Shown piece by piece: positions 55,603-64,000 of a stretch of DNA of 64,000 bases (within the stretch, counting starts at the first letter, position 1; the number at the start of each line of letters is the position of its first letter). The notes under the pieces were generated by a model. It was not told the DNA's origin. It searched no databases and saw only the letters and a program-made list of their open reading frames with translations. Both the position numbers and the translations under genes were made by a program. The stretch comes from an uncultured SAR86 cluster bacterium (GTDB lineage Bacteria; Pseudomonadota; Gammaproteobacteria; Magnimaribacterales; D2472): positions 17,773 to 81,772 of the forward strand of contig CACEAR010000005.1 of assembly GCA_902557575.1 (NCBI GenBank). The letters run 5' to 3'.

Positions 55603-57245
55603 TACATGTTGAGATAATTTGGACCACCCATACCTTCAGGTGTTACCCAAGTTATATTTTGTGACGGATCTTTGATGTCACATGTCTTACAGTGAACACA
55701 ATTCTGAGCATTTATAACAAATTTGTCTTTGCTATCCTCATTTACAACCTCATAAACACCTGCAGGACAATATCTCTGAGCTGGTTCTGCATATTTAGGT
55801 AAATTTACACTTATTGGAATATTTTCATCTTTTAATTTCAAATGACATGGTTGATCTTCTTCATGTGTAGTGTTTGAAAGGTAAACAGAACTTAACTTAT
55901 CAAAAGATATAACACCATCGGGTTTGGGATAATCAATTTTAGGCATTTTTGAAGCATCTTCTAAGCAAGCATAATCAGGAGTAGGGTGGTTTAATGTAAA
56001 TGGAAGATTACCTCTAAATATGAACTGATCAATGGCAGCTAAAATAGGCCCCACAAAATTACCAAACTTATGTAACAAGGGACCAAAGTTCCTTGCTTTA
56101 TATAACTCTTTTTGAAGCCAAGAATTTTGAATGTTGTCTTCATAAATAACTAGATCTGAACCAATATTATTATTTTCTAGTGCATCAAAAACAGTTTCTG
56201 CTGCAATCATCCCTGATTTCATTGCTGTATGCGTTCCCTTTATCTTAGGAAAATTGAGTGTGCCAGCATTATCCCCAACAATAAGACCACCGTTGAATGA
56301 CATTTTAGGCCTAGACTGATAACCGCCCTTTATAAGAGCTCTTGCACCATAAGCTACTCTAGTTCCATCTTTAAGAAGTTTAGATATACCAGAATGATGT
56401 TTCCATTGTTGAAATTCATCATATGGACTTAAATAAGGATTTTTATAATCCAATGGAACAACGTAACCCATATAAAGTTGATTATTTTTTCCATGGTAGC
56501 AATAAGAACCCGAGACTGTTCCATTTGCTGGCCAACCAGCAGTATGCATGACTGTTCCTTCTTTATGTAAATCAGGTTTGATATCCCATATTTCTTTAAA
56601 GCCTATTCCATAATGTTGGGGATCTTTTCCATCGTCCAATTTAAATTTCTTAATTATTTGTTTTCCAAGATGACCTCTACAACCCTCAGACAGAATTGTA
56701 TATTTCCCTCTAAGTTCCATACTTGGTTGATATGATGGTTTCTTTTCACCATCCTTACCGACACCCATTTCACCTGTAACAATTCCTTTCAGCTTATCAT
56801 CTTCAATAATTAATTCTGAAGCAGTAAATCCCGGAAATATCTCGACACCAAGAGATTCAGCTTCTTTTGCTAACCATCTACAAAAATTAGCAAGACTCAT
56901 TATGTAATTACCATGATTATTGAAATTAGGCATTAATATGGCTGGCAGAGGGACAGGTATAGATATATTTTGATTTATCAGATATTTAACAACATCTTTT
57001 TTAACCGGTGTATCCAGGGGTGCTTCTTTTTCCTTCCAGTCTGGAATAAGTTCATTAAGAGCTGTTGGCTCAAATACATTACCAGACAAAATATGAGCAC
57101 CAACTTCAGAACCTTTCTCAATAACGCATATTGAGTGATTTGTATTATTTTTTTTGTTTAACTGAGCAAATTTTATGGCTGTAGAAAGTCCAGCAGGTCC
57201 AGCACCCACAACAAGGACATCATATTCCATTACATCACGTTCCAT
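55602..57245 (-). CDS. Electron-transfer flavoprotein:ubiquinone oxidoreductase (ETF-QO)
   Basis: YDVLVVGAGPAGLS FAD fold and the C-terminal 4Fe-4S cluster motif CVHCKTCDIKDP; 547 aa. Confidence 0.9.
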   Translation of the reverse strand: MERDVMEYDVLVVGAGPAGLSTAIKFAQLNKKNNTNHSICVIEKGSEVGAHILSGNVFEPTALNELIPDWKEKEAPLDTPVKKDVVKYLINQNISIPVPLPAILMPNFNNHGNYIMSLANFCRWLAKEAESLGVEIFPGFTASELIIEDDKLKGIVTGEMGVGKDGEKKPSYQPSMELRGKYTILSEGCRGHLGKQIIKKFKLDDGKDPQHYGIGFKEIWDIKPDLHKEGTVMHTAGWPANGTVSGSYCYHGKNNQLYMGYVVPLDYKNPYLSPYDEFQQWKHHSGISKLLKDGTRVAYGARALIKGGYQSRPKMSFNGGLIVGDNAGTLNFPKIKGTHTAMKSGMIAAETVFDALENNNIGSDLVIYEDNIQNSWLQKELYKARNFGPLLHKFGNFVGPILAAIDQFIFRGNLPFTLNHPTPDYACLEDASKMPKIDYPKPDGVISFDKLSSVYLSNTTHEEDQPCHLKLKDENIPISVNLPKYAEPAQRYCPAGVYEVVNEDSKDKFVINAQNCVHCKTCDIKDPSQNITWVTPEGMGGPNYLNM

Positions 57246-57324
57246 AAATACTTCCTAAGCTCTTTAGAAATTGTGTAAAAAGCATTACAATTATAGCCGC
57301 AAAACCCTTTAAACTTAACATATT

Positions 57325-58077
57325 ATGAAAATACTAGTACCTGTAAAAAGAGTAGTGGACTATAACGTAAAGGTAAGGCCATTATCTGATAATTCAAATG
57401 TTGATCTGAATAATGTAAAGATGTCAGTAAATCCATTTTGTGAGATTGCAGTTGAAGAAGCTGTCAGATTGAAAGAGTCTGGACAAGCTACAGAAGTAGT
57501 AGTCGTCACAGTTGGAGGTGATGAATCTCAAGAACAGCTAAGAGCATGCCTTGCTCTTGGAGCCGACAGAGCTATTTTAGCTCAATCTGAAGGTCTTCTT
57601 GAGCCACTAGCAATTGCAAAAGTCCTTACCAAAATAGTTGAATCTGAAAATCCTAACCTTGTGATTTTAGGTAAGCAAGCAATTGATGGAGATAACAATC
57701 AAACCGGTCAAATGTTAGCTGCAATGCTGGATATGCCTCAAGCAACATTTGCATCTGAACTCAAGATCGAAGGAGATAATGCAGTTGTTACAAGAGAGAT
57801 TGATGGCGGTTTACAAACAATAAGTGTTAACCTTCCAGCTATTGTTACTACAGATTTAAGGTTAAATGAACCTAGATATGCATCTTTACCAAATATTATG
57901 CAAGCCAAGAAAAAAGATCTTTCTATACAGAATGTCTCTGATCTAGGTATAGATGTATCAGATAGGACTTCTATTTTGTCTGTTGAATTACCGCCAACAC
58001 GTGAAGCAGGTGTGATGGTTGATTCAGTTGAAGAATTAGTTGATAAGTTAAAAAATGAAGCAAAGGTAATAACATGA
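57325..58077 (+). CDS. etfB: Electron transfer flavoprotein beta subunit
   Basis: [18 protein letters not shown] is the canonical EtfB N-terminus; 250 aa. Divergent from ETF-QO. Confidence 0.9.
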   Translation: MKILVPVKRVVDYNVKVRPLSDNSNVDLNNVKMSVNPFCEIAVEEAVRLKESGQATEVVVVTVGGDESQEQLRACLALGADRAILAQSEGLLEPLAIAKVLTKIVESENPNLVILGKQAIDGDNNQTGQMLAAMLDMPQATFASELKIEGDNAVVTREIDGGLQTISVNLPAIVTTDLRLNEPRYASLPNIMQAKKKDLSIQNVSDLGIDVSDRTSILSVELPPTREAGVMVDSVEELVDKLKNEAKVIT

Positions 58078-59003
58078 GCATATTAGTAATAGCAGAACAT
58101 GATAATAATGAAATTAAAGGTTCAACTCTTAACACGGTAACAGCCGCATCAAAAATTGGTGGCGATGTATCAGTTTTAGTTGCTGGATCAGAATCGTCGT
58201 CAGCAGCAGAGCAAGCATCAAAGATTGCTGGAATTAGTTCAGTTATTCATGTTGATGATCCAATTTATAAAAATTTCTTAGCTGAAGACTTAGGTAACTT
58301 AGTTGCTTCAATTGCAGAGGGTTTTAATTATATACTCGCTCCAGCTACAACCTTTGGTAAGAATTTTTTACCCAGAGTAGCCGCTAAATTAGATGTACAA
58401 CAGATTTCAGATATTATTTCTGTTGAGGATGCTGATACTTTCAAAAGACCAATTTATGCAGGAAGCTGCATTGCGACTGTTAAATCAAATGATTCAGTAA
58501 AAGTAATTACTGTTAGAACAACGGCTTTTGATGCATCACCTATGACAGATTCATCAGTAACTGTTAATACGGGTGATGTAGTTGATTCTCTTAATAATGC
58601 AAACTTTGTAAGTGATGAGATTGCTGAAAGTGACAGACCTGAACTTACAGCAGCTGAAGTAATTGTCTCAGGTGGAAGAGCTTTAGGCTCATCTGAAAAC
58701 TTTAAAATCATTGAGGCATTAGCTGACAAGTTAGGTGCTGCAGTTGGAGCTTCGAGAGCAGCCGTAGATGCTGGTTATGTTCCAAATGATTATCAAGTTG
58801 GACAAACAGGAAAAATAGTTGCACCTACTCTTTATATAGCTATTGGAATATCCGGAGCCATTCAACATTTAGCAGGTATGAAAGACTCAAAGGTAATAGT
58901 TGCGATAAACAAAGATGAAGATGCGCCTATCTTTCAGGTTGCAGACTACGGTCTCGTAGGCGACTTATTTGAAGCCGTTCCTGAACTTACAGATTCAGTA
59001 TAA
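58074..59003 (+). CDS. etfA: Electron transfer flavoprotein alpha subunit
   Basis: [19 protein letters not shown] and [16 protein letters not shown] motifs; 309 aa. ATGA overlap with etfB. Confidence 0.9.
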   Translation: MSILVIAEHDNNEIKGSTLNTVTAASKIGGDVSVLVAGSESSSAAEQASKIAGISSVIHVDDPIYKNFLAEDLGNLVASIAEGFNYILAPATTFGKNFLPRVAAKLDVQQISDIISVEDADTFKRPIYAGSCIATVKSNDSVKVITVRTTAFDASPMTDSSVTVNTGDVVDSLNNANFVSDEIAESDRPELTAAEVIVSGGRALGSSENFKIIEALADKLGAAVGASRAAVDAGYVPNDYQVGQTGKIVAPTLYIAIGISGAIQHLAGMKDSKVIVAINKDEDAPIFQVADYGLVGDLFEAVPELTDSV

Positions 59004-59007
59004 CTAA

Positions 59008-59742
59008 ATGGAATTCCTCTTTCAGGGGCTATCTCAAGAAAGTTTATGGTTAGTTGTAGTCTTTTATGACTTACTCTTAGTTGTAATTCTTTATAAATTT
59101 TTTGGTAAATATGGTTTATATACTGCTGTAATTCTTGGGATTATCTTAGGAAACCTTCAAGGTGGTAAGGTTTCTGAATTTATAATATTTGATACGACTT
59201 TCACCGTTAGTATGGGTGCAATTCTTTATTCAGGTATTTATTTTTCAACTGATCTTCTGAACGAAAAATATGGTAAAACTGAGGCAAATAGGGCGGTAAA
59301 TCTTGGCTTTTTTGCTAATGTTGCAGTTCTTTTAACTCTGCTTCTGAGTTTATTATTTAAACCTTCCGATTTAACTGGCTCTGCGCTTGAAGTACATAAT
59401 GCTTTATCAGTTATCGCTTCATACTCACCTGCTTTTATTATAGGATCATTAACAGCTTACTTTATTAGTCAAAAGTTTGATGTTTGGTTTTTTAACTATC
59501 TTAAAACTCTTACTCAAGGAAAGTATCTTTGGTTACGTAATAATCTATCAACTATTACCTCACAATTAATTGATACATTTATTTATACATTTACTTGGGT
59601 TATAGCAACCGATCTGGGTATTTACGATGCTTTTTATATAGCTTTATCTAAATACATTTTTAAAATATTTATAGCACTGATAGATACAATATTTATTTAT
59701 GGTGTAAGGAATCTAAATCCTCTTGTTAGAAATGACGAATAG
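59008..59742 (+). CDS. VUT-family queuosine-precursor transporter (YhhQ/DUF165-like)
   Basis: 244 aa, about 6 TM segments, with the late motif QLIDTFIYTF typical of YhhQ-type proteins. Confidence 0.65.
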   Translation: MEFLFQGLSQESLWLVVVFYDLLLVVILYKFFGKYGLYTAVILGIILGNLQGGKVSEFIIFDTTFTVSMGAILYSGIYFSTDLLNEKYGKTEANRAVNLGFFANVAVLLTLLLSLLFKPSDLTGSALEVHNALSVIASYSPAFIIGSLTAYFISQKFDVWFFNYLKTLTQGKYLWLRNNLSTITSQLIDTFIYTFTWVIATDLGIYDAFYIALSKYIFKIFIALIDTIFIYGVRNLNPLVRNDE

Positions 59743-60502
59743 GCCCATTACCTGATCCAAAATTAGGTGCATTTTTAATACCATTTTGGACATACTCAAT
59801 AGAGATTTTTATTGATTCTTTTATATCAATACCCAAACCTAAATTTGTAGCTATTGCTGATGCTAATGAGCATCCTGTTCCGTGAGTGTTTGTACTTATA
59901 ATTTTATTTGATTTAAATATGTGTTCATCACCGTCAGAGGTAATTAAAACATCATTTATATTTTGTGAATTTCCATGACCACCTTTAATCAATATATTTT
60001 TGCAGCCAAGTTTTAATAGTTTGATTCCAGCCTCTATTTGATTTTCAAGGTTATTAATCTTCATTTCGCTTAAAATCTCAGCCTCATAAATATTTGGAGT
60101 TATTAAAAAAGACTTATTAATGAGTTTATCTTTTATCGAATTTATAATTTCATCACTAACAAGAACATCTCCTGATGTAGCTACCATGACTGGATCTAGA
60201 ACAATCTTATAATCAGAAATATTAGTGTTGATATGATTAATAATTTCTTCATCAGCCAACATTCCTATTTTTACAATATCAGGTGCGAGATCATTAGTTA
60301 CAGAATTTATTTGCTCTATAACTATCTCTTTTGGAAGAGGAAAGATAGATTGAACTCCTATAGTATTTTGTGCAGTAATAGCAGTTACTGCAGTCATTGC
60401 ATAACCTTTGAAATAAGTTATGGCTTTAATATCAGCCTGGATTCCAGCTCCACCACCAGAATCTGAACCAGCGATTATTAAAACTTTTGGAATCAATGAC
60501 AT
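59726..60502 (-). CDS. thiD: Hydroxymethylpyrimidine / phosphomethylpyrimidine kinase
   Basis: IAGSDSGGGAGIQADIKA N-terminus and a late HGTGCSLASAIA motif; 258 aa. Confidence 0.9.
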   Translation of the reverse strand: MSLIPKVLIIAGSDSGGGAGIQADIKAITYFKGYAMTAVTAITAQNTIGVQSIFPLPKEIVIEQINSVTNDLAPDIVKIGMLADEEIINHINTNISDYKIVLDPVMVATSGDVLVSDEIINSIKDKLINKSFLITPNIYEAEILSEMKINNLENQIEAGIKLLKLGCKNILIKGGHGNSQNINDVLITSDGDEHIFKSNKIISTNTHGTGCSLASAIATNLGLGIDIKESIKISIEYVQNGIKNAPNFGSGNGPIRHF

Positions 60503-60512
60503 TTTGTGATTA

Positions 60513-60546
60513 TAAAAAAAACGCCTACCAATAGATAGGCGTTTTT
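60513..60546 (-). terminator. Rho-independent terminator after the 145-aa membrane protein gene
   Basis: Stem acgccta (60521-60527) / taggcgt (60536-60542) with an 8-nt loop. The A-run at 60514-60521 gives a U-tract on the minus-strand RNA. A shorter T-run on the plus side is also present. Confidence 0.6.
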
Positions 60547-60563
60547 AACTTTGGTATTAATAA

Positions 60564-61001
60564 TTAGTCGTTTGTATTAATCCATAAAGGCAAAACAGCT
60601 ATACCTAGTCCAGCAACCAACATCATCATGCCACCAACTTTCCCAAGCATATTTCCACCTGACTCCATATATGCAATAAAGGCCTGTGAACCTGCACCAA
60701 GATCAATATCTCCATTTCCAGCATCTAAACCAGCCAATGCAGCTGCATGACCTTCAAAGGTTCCACCTATATTTCCATAGACAACTAAGCCCATCATAAA
60801 TACACCGACAGCAAAAGCAGTTACAAAAACTTTGCCCAAGAGGTTAACATTCTTTTCTAATGAGACACTACTAAATCTAGCAGCAACCCATACAGCAACA
60901 ACTATAGCTAGAAGGGCAGTTGCATTTGCAGTTCTTCCAGTTCCAAAGTTTTGCCATAGTGCAATTTCCATATTTGCACTTTGTATTAACATATCTTCCA
61001 T
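60564..61001 (-). CDS. Hypothetical Gly/Ala-rich integral membrane protein
   Basis: 145 aa with about 3-4 TM segments. Very strong SD (taggaggaaaaatATG) and its own terminator. No family recognised. Confidence 0.5.
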   Translation of the reverse strand: MEDMLIQSANMEIALWQNFGTGRTANATALLAIVVAVWVAARFSSVSLEKNVNLLGKVFVTAFAVGVFMMGLVVYGNIGGTFEGHAAALAGLDAGNGDIDLGAGSQAFIAYMESGGNMLGKVGGMMMLVAGLGIAVLPLWINTND

Positions 61002-61113
61002 ATTTTTCCTCCTAATAAGTAAAGTTAGTTAATTAATTTACCTCCCTGTTTATATAATACACACTTTTCTCATTTCTATTTATAGATTTACTAAATTTTT
61101 GTACTATGTACCA

Positions 61114-61641
61114 ATGAACTCAGATCTAATAATCCTAATCGTCCAAGTTATTGCTGCATTAGGAGTAGTTGTATCAGTAATATATTTAGGTGTTCAAATA
61201 CACCAACAAAATGAAATTACTAAAGCACAATTTGGCCATTCATTAACTCAAAGACAATATGAAAGATATTTTGCAACAGCTAAAGATGGTGAATTTGCAA
61301 ATTTTTTATCTAAAGACTGGTCATCGGATGAGTTATCTGACGCTGAAAATTGGAGATCAACGATGTTTATTATAATGTGTCTAGTTGATATATTTGATGT
61401 CTACGAAAAAGTAAAAAAAGGTTTTGTTGATAAAAAACATTTAGATATTCGTATGAATGCACTCAAGTTTGGAACTATGAAAACTGATAAAGCTAGATCA
61501 GCTTGGGATTTTTGGAAAACTACTCGAGATCAAGATTTTATTGATTGGTTTGAATCGGAAATTTACGGTGAAGGTCAGCTCGATGCAGATGAATTACTTG
61601 AACAGACAAAAGGCGGTTCATTTAAAGCCAGTATTCGATAA
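61114..61641 (+). CDS. Hypothetical protein with a single N-terminal TM helix
   Basis: MNSDLIILIVQVIAALGVVVSVIYLGVQI followed by a soluble Asp/Glu/Trp-rich domain. I prefer the ATG at 61114 over the TTG at 61099. No family recognised. Confidence 0.45.
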   Translation: MNSDLIILIVQVIAALGVVVSVIYLGVQIHQQNEITKAQFGHSLTQRQYERYFATAKDGEFANFLSKDWSSDELSDAENWRSTMFIIMCLVDIFDVYEKVKKGFVDKKHLDIRMNALKFGTMKTDKARSAWDFWKTTRDQDFIDWFESEIYGEGQLDADELLEQTKGGSFKASIR

Positions 61642-61646
61642 AAACA

Positions 61647-62516
61647 TTAATCTTTCACAAACCAAAAAAATAATTGCGGTGTTTTATTCATATATTCTTT
61701 GTAGTCAGGTCTTTTTTTAAGACTTCTATTGTCCATCATAGGGCATGAAATAAATACAAATAAGGCTAACATCACTAATGGGCAAGCTAATAGCCCTATA
61801 GATGTTGACCCCGAAGCAAGAGCAAATATATATATACCAAACCAAAAACTTACTTCACCAAGATAATTAGGATGTCTTGAGTATTTCCATAATCCATATT
61901 TCATAGTTTTACCAAAATTATTGATATCTTTTCTAAAATTTCTCATTTGATCATCTGAAATGTACTGAACGGTAACCGCAACTGCTATTAATATAAAACC
62001 AACATAAACAAGGTTATTTAAGTCTTCTGAAGTTAAAGCTACATAAATAGGGTAGAGGCTTATATTTACAATTAATGTTGGGATAAGGTGGATTCCAAAA
62101 AGATCGTTAATAAACGCCAAGAGTCTATTATTATTTTTTAAATCTATATATCTAAAGTCTTCATGATCTAAATTAGTCCAATTAAGAATCCAGTTATAAG
62201 TTAACCTCAGTGCCCAAAATAGAAATGCCGATATCACTAAACTTTGTTCTAGATTAGATAAAGATGATTGATTAGAAATATAAAAGACTATTGGTATTGG
62301 TGCTATATGCCAAAAAGGATCGTAAATACTTGAATTTTTGTGGATATTAGAAAATAAGAAAATAATTAAGGTGGCAGTTATGTGCCAAACCAATATAAGA
62401 AGCCAACCATCAAGATCAAAGTTTTTAGTAAACAGGAATGCTAGATAGAAAGAAATTAAATAGTATAAAAAAACTAAGGCAAGACTTCCGTGTTTGGTTT
62501 TAATTAGATTCTGCAA
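61647..62516 (-). CDS. DUF1295 / steroid 5-alpha-reductase-like membrane protein
   Basis: Polytopic membrane protein with the C-terminal motif YSRHPNYLGEVSFWFG characteristic of the DUF1295/ICMT-like reductase fold. Confidence 0.75.
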   Translation of the reverse strand: MQNLIKTKHGSLALVFLYYLISFYLAFLFTKNFDLDGWLLILVWHITATLIIFLFSNIHKNSSIYDPFWHIAPIPIVFYISNQSSLSNLEQSLVISAFLFWALRLTYNWILNWTNLDHEDFRYIDLKNNNRLLAFINDLFGIHLIPTLIVNISLYPIYVALTSEDLNNLVYVGFILIAVAVTVQYISDDQMRNFRKDINNFGKTMKYGLWKYSRHPNYLGEVSFWFGIYIFALASGSTSIGLLACPLVMLALFVFISCPMMDNRSLKKRPDYKEYMNKTPQLFFWFVKD

Positions 62517-63981
62517 AACTTTCTAAAGTTGATTTAAGTTCTTTGTCATTTAAATGAAATAATGAGATTTCATCTTTCCAATTAAGGTCTTTAAACTTCT
62601 CAGCGCCCAATTCATACCAACTTTCTTTTATGTATTCAATATTTTGTTTTGTCTTAATGTGCATGTAAATAAACCAATCTTGAAAATCATGTTCCTCTAT
62701 CTGATTAAAGATTTCATCACATTTTTTGTAATCGTTATTTAAATAATATGCTAAAAATAACTTCTTTAATGGCCTGTCTGAATTACTATCCATAGCAGGA
62801 ATGGGTTCCATTTTATACATTTTTTCAAATACCTTGATGCCGCTCTCGACTTCACCGTTCCTAATTAGAGCATCTCCATAAATTGATAATACAAATGGAT
62901 GATTTGGATTTGCGTTATATGCCTTAGTTGCATAGATTTTACTCTGTTGGAAATTTTGAAGTGTTAGATTCGCTTCACCCAAAATCCTATTTGTGTTCCA
63001 ATCATTGTCATTAAGTTCATTTGCTTTACTTAAAGAACCTAAAAATTCTTCCATGTTTTCATCATTTCTTTCTCTAAAACCAAGTGTCATAGCTTGACCA
63101 AGGGTACAAGCTTTCCAAGAATAGGGAAGTGCATTAGTATCATCAGCTTCAATTGCTGCATCAAGCATTTTTATGGCTTCTGCATTAGCTTCTTTATCAA
63201 ATTTTTGATTGAGAGCTCTTCCTTTAAGAGTATATTCATAAGATGTCATATTCTCAGTAGGTTTTCTATGGGCTCTTTTTAAACTTGTTATTTCAATTTC
63301 ACCAACTATGCATCTAATAATTTTTGTAACAATCTCATCCTGAATTTCAAAAATATCAGTATTTATTCGATCATATTTGTTACTCCAAATAACTCTATCA
63401 TCATTCATATCACTTAATTCAACTGAAATACGCAATCTGTCATTTGAAGACCTTATGGATCCTGATACGATGAAATCAAAACCCCACTCATCTTTAAATG
63501 ATTGAGATGTATAGTCCTTACCCCTAAATCCAAAACAGGTTTTTCTTGTAGCAACTGATATTTCTTTAATCATAGATAACTCAGTTATCAAGTCTTCTAC
63601 AATTCCATCAACTAGAAACTCTCCATCATTGTCATTATTTAAATTTTCAAAAGGTATTAAACCTATTTTTGGTCTGTAGTCATCAATTGTAGAATTATTC
63701 TCATCGAAATTTTTTAAAGTCTCTCCATCAATTGTTTTTTTCCTAGTTACATATGAAATTATTAAAACAATAGGAAATAAACCTATGAATAGGATCTGCA
63801 TAAAAGATTCGCTAGAAATCCCAAATATTAATTCTGTGGATAGGTTATCTGTAACTACACTAGCAACTTGAATTAGCCCAAAAGAAGCAACTGCATATCC
63901 TGCAGATGTTTTAATAAGAATCGATCCAATATTCTTAAGCTTGATCTTAATAAAATGAAGCGCAATCTTTAGCTTTTTCAT
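62500..63981 (-). CDS. Membrane-anchored TolB-N-like (COG5616) plus TPR-repeat protein
   Basis: Two N-terminal TM segments, then the IGLIPFENLNNDNDGEFLVDGIVEDLITELS...FIVSGSIR...LRISVELSD module found N-terminal to TPRs in many putative sensor/adaptor proteins, then TPR-like helical repeats. Confidence 0.6.
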   Translation of the reverse strand: MKKLKIALHFIKIKLKNIGSILIKTSAGYAVASFGLIQVASVVTDNLSTELIFGISSESFMQILFIGLFPIVLIISYVTRKKTIDGETLKNFDENNSTIDDYRPKIGLIPFENLNNDNDGEFLVDGIVEDLITELSMIKEISVATRKTCFGFRGKDYTSQSFKDEWGFDFIVSGSIRSSNDRLRISVELSDMNDDRVIWSNKYDRINTDIFEIQDEIVTKIIRCIVGEIEITSLKRAHRKPTENMTSYEYTLKGRALNQKFDKEANAEAIKMLDAAIEADDTNALPYSWKACTLGQAMTLGFRERNDENMEEFLGSLSKANELNDNDWNTNRILGEANLTLQNFQQSKIYATKAYNANPNHPFVLSIYGDALIRNGEVESGIKVFEKMYKMEPIPAMDSNSDRPLKKLFLAYYLNNDYKKCDEIFNQIEEHDFQDWFIYMHIKTKQNIEYIKESWYELGAEKFKDLNWKDEISLFHLNDKELKSTLESFAESN

Positions 63982-64000
63982 ATTTATATAATAATAAAAA

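Noticed and set aside
1-64000. CRISPR arrays, tandem repeats, IS elements, prophage or known defence-system genes
   Set aside because: Reading the intergenic regions (all 303 nt or shorter) showed no repeat-spacer structure. None of the 60+ proteins shows transposase, integrase, reverse transcriptase, restriction, helicase-nuclease, TIR/SIR2 or toxin-antitoxin signatures. I cannot exclude short dispersed repeats without a computational self-comparison.

Overview
This window is AT-rich (roughly one-third G+C by eye) and very tightly packed. Many neighbouring genes share ATGA, TAATG or GTGA start/stop overlaps. It looks like a streamlined marine gammaproteobacterial chromosome; a SAR86-like lineage is my inference. 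The basis is a DTE-motif proteorhodopsin, two TonB-dependent receptors, a YfcG-like GST, and lolCD-exbBD-msbA-lpxK-kdsB-murB synteny. I support about 66 protein genes, one tRNA-Ser(UGA), three intrinsic terminators and two sigma70-like promoters. I found no CRISPR array, transposase, integrase, phage gene, rRNA or recognisable defence gene, so this reads as metabolic and envelope core genome rather than an accessory island. The most unusual items are: (1) an in-frame MsbA::LpxK fusion ORF inside a lolCD-exbBD-kdsB-murB run; (2) a divergent cluster combining a Cys-type sulfatase, an exported RNase Z-like MBL hydrolase, an FG-GAP lipoprotein, GST-fold proteins, an extradiol-type VOC protein, a FAH hydrolase and a flavin hydroxylase, possibly for aryl-sulfate catabolism; (3) a TonB receptor, serine hydrolase, MFS, C-N hydrolase uptake locus; (4) a signal-peptide-less, Gln-tuned (blue-type) proteorhodopsin with palindromes in its leader; (5) an orphan PhnZ/COG4341-like HD protein; (6) a patch of unannotated mini-ORFs beside the tRNA. 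All functional calls rest on motifs I recognised by eye and on remembered family features. No database search was run.
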